64,000 bases of DNA from Ramazzottius varieornatus (lineage: Eukaryota > Animalia > Tardigrada), in assembly GCA_001949185.1 (NCBI GenBank), contig BDGG01000006.1:2416671-2480670 (forward strand). Reading direction: 5' to 3'. Positions 63,316 through 64,000 of this stretch are shown here, in pieces. The notes under the pieces were generated by a model. It worked only from the letters and a program-made list of their open reading frames with translations. It did not search any database and was not told the DNA's origin. The translations under genes and the position numbers were made by a program. Position 1 is the stretch's first letter; the number at the start of each line of letters is the position of its first letter.

Positions 63316-64000
63316 ACGGCAACGGTACCCACAAAATGTCCAGCAGGAAAAGCTTCGGCTCTGCGCCATCGGGAATCGATATACCTCGTATACAGCGGAA
63401 GAATCACGGTAGAATGTTTTTCTCCGCTTTTCGATTGGCCTCAGACTTAGTCAGCCTTAGTTGGACTTGGTGATCCTCTTCGACGTGGCTATCTCATTCG
63501 GTCCACATTCTAGCACATGTACAGTTTCATGCTTCTAGCATCGTTTGAAATGATTATTTTTAGGACACGGCCATGGCTTACGCGTCCAAAATAAAACTTG
63601 CCTCGACACCAGAACGAAACTCATGACTTGATTGATGTAGACTTGATTGAGTTTCGTCGCAGTATAGACCAACTTGCTGAGATTTCTTGCTTGCAGTAGA
63701 TTCCGAGGACTGTCAGAAATGCTCGATCAGAACTTTCTGTTCCTGGTGATCTTACAGCCTTTTAAGTGTACCACGAGCGATAAAAAGTGAATTACTTTAT
63801 CACAACAGCTTTTCAAGGGTTGTAAACGCGTGTCGATTTCAACTTCGAGTGTGCTTCTGCTTCACGAATCACACTAATTATTCGAACACTGGCAAGATCG
63901 CCTCTCCTGTTGGAGTTTGGCTTTTGCAACACGTTTCCTCTTCCTGGTATAGTCGGCGCCACAGTCGCGATCAAACCTGCTTACATGACCACCCCCAGAT

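Overview
Intron-rich eukaryotic (metazoan) genomic DNA. A tardigrade source is my best inference, based on the atypical natriuretic-peptide-receptor-like ectodomain gene, the lone BTB gene and the short introns; this is not proven. Host genes, left to right: a receptor-guanylate-cyclase-like ectodomain gene (-), an NRY-type class A GPCR (-) with a decayed tandem paralog, a TDRD12/Yb-family Tudor-helicase gene (-), a complete but strongly diverged RNA polymerase II second-subunit (RPB2) paralog (-), a BTB pseudogene (+), a PLEKHG7-like RhoGEF (-), a GPR158-like class C GPCR (+) and a possible 44-aa basic microprotein (+). Two islands of nested DNA transposons (18.3-26.2 kb and 34.1-41.5 kb) contain hAT elements with 8-bp TSDs and Harbinger/PHIS elements. 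Most notable: (1) the diverged RPB2 keeps its catalytic motifs but has remodelled fork loops, switch 3 and wall, and it abuts a piRNA-pathway TDRD12-like gene once the transposons are removed, suggesting a possible animal analogue of plant Pol IV/V; (2) a ~100-bp palindromic repeat family found almost only in introns and concentrated in these two genes; (3) a hAT element that moved ~890 bp of flanking DNA using a cryptic end; (4) a locally templated insertion scar. Exon limits were read by eye and are approximate; family calls come from remembered motifs, not database searches.
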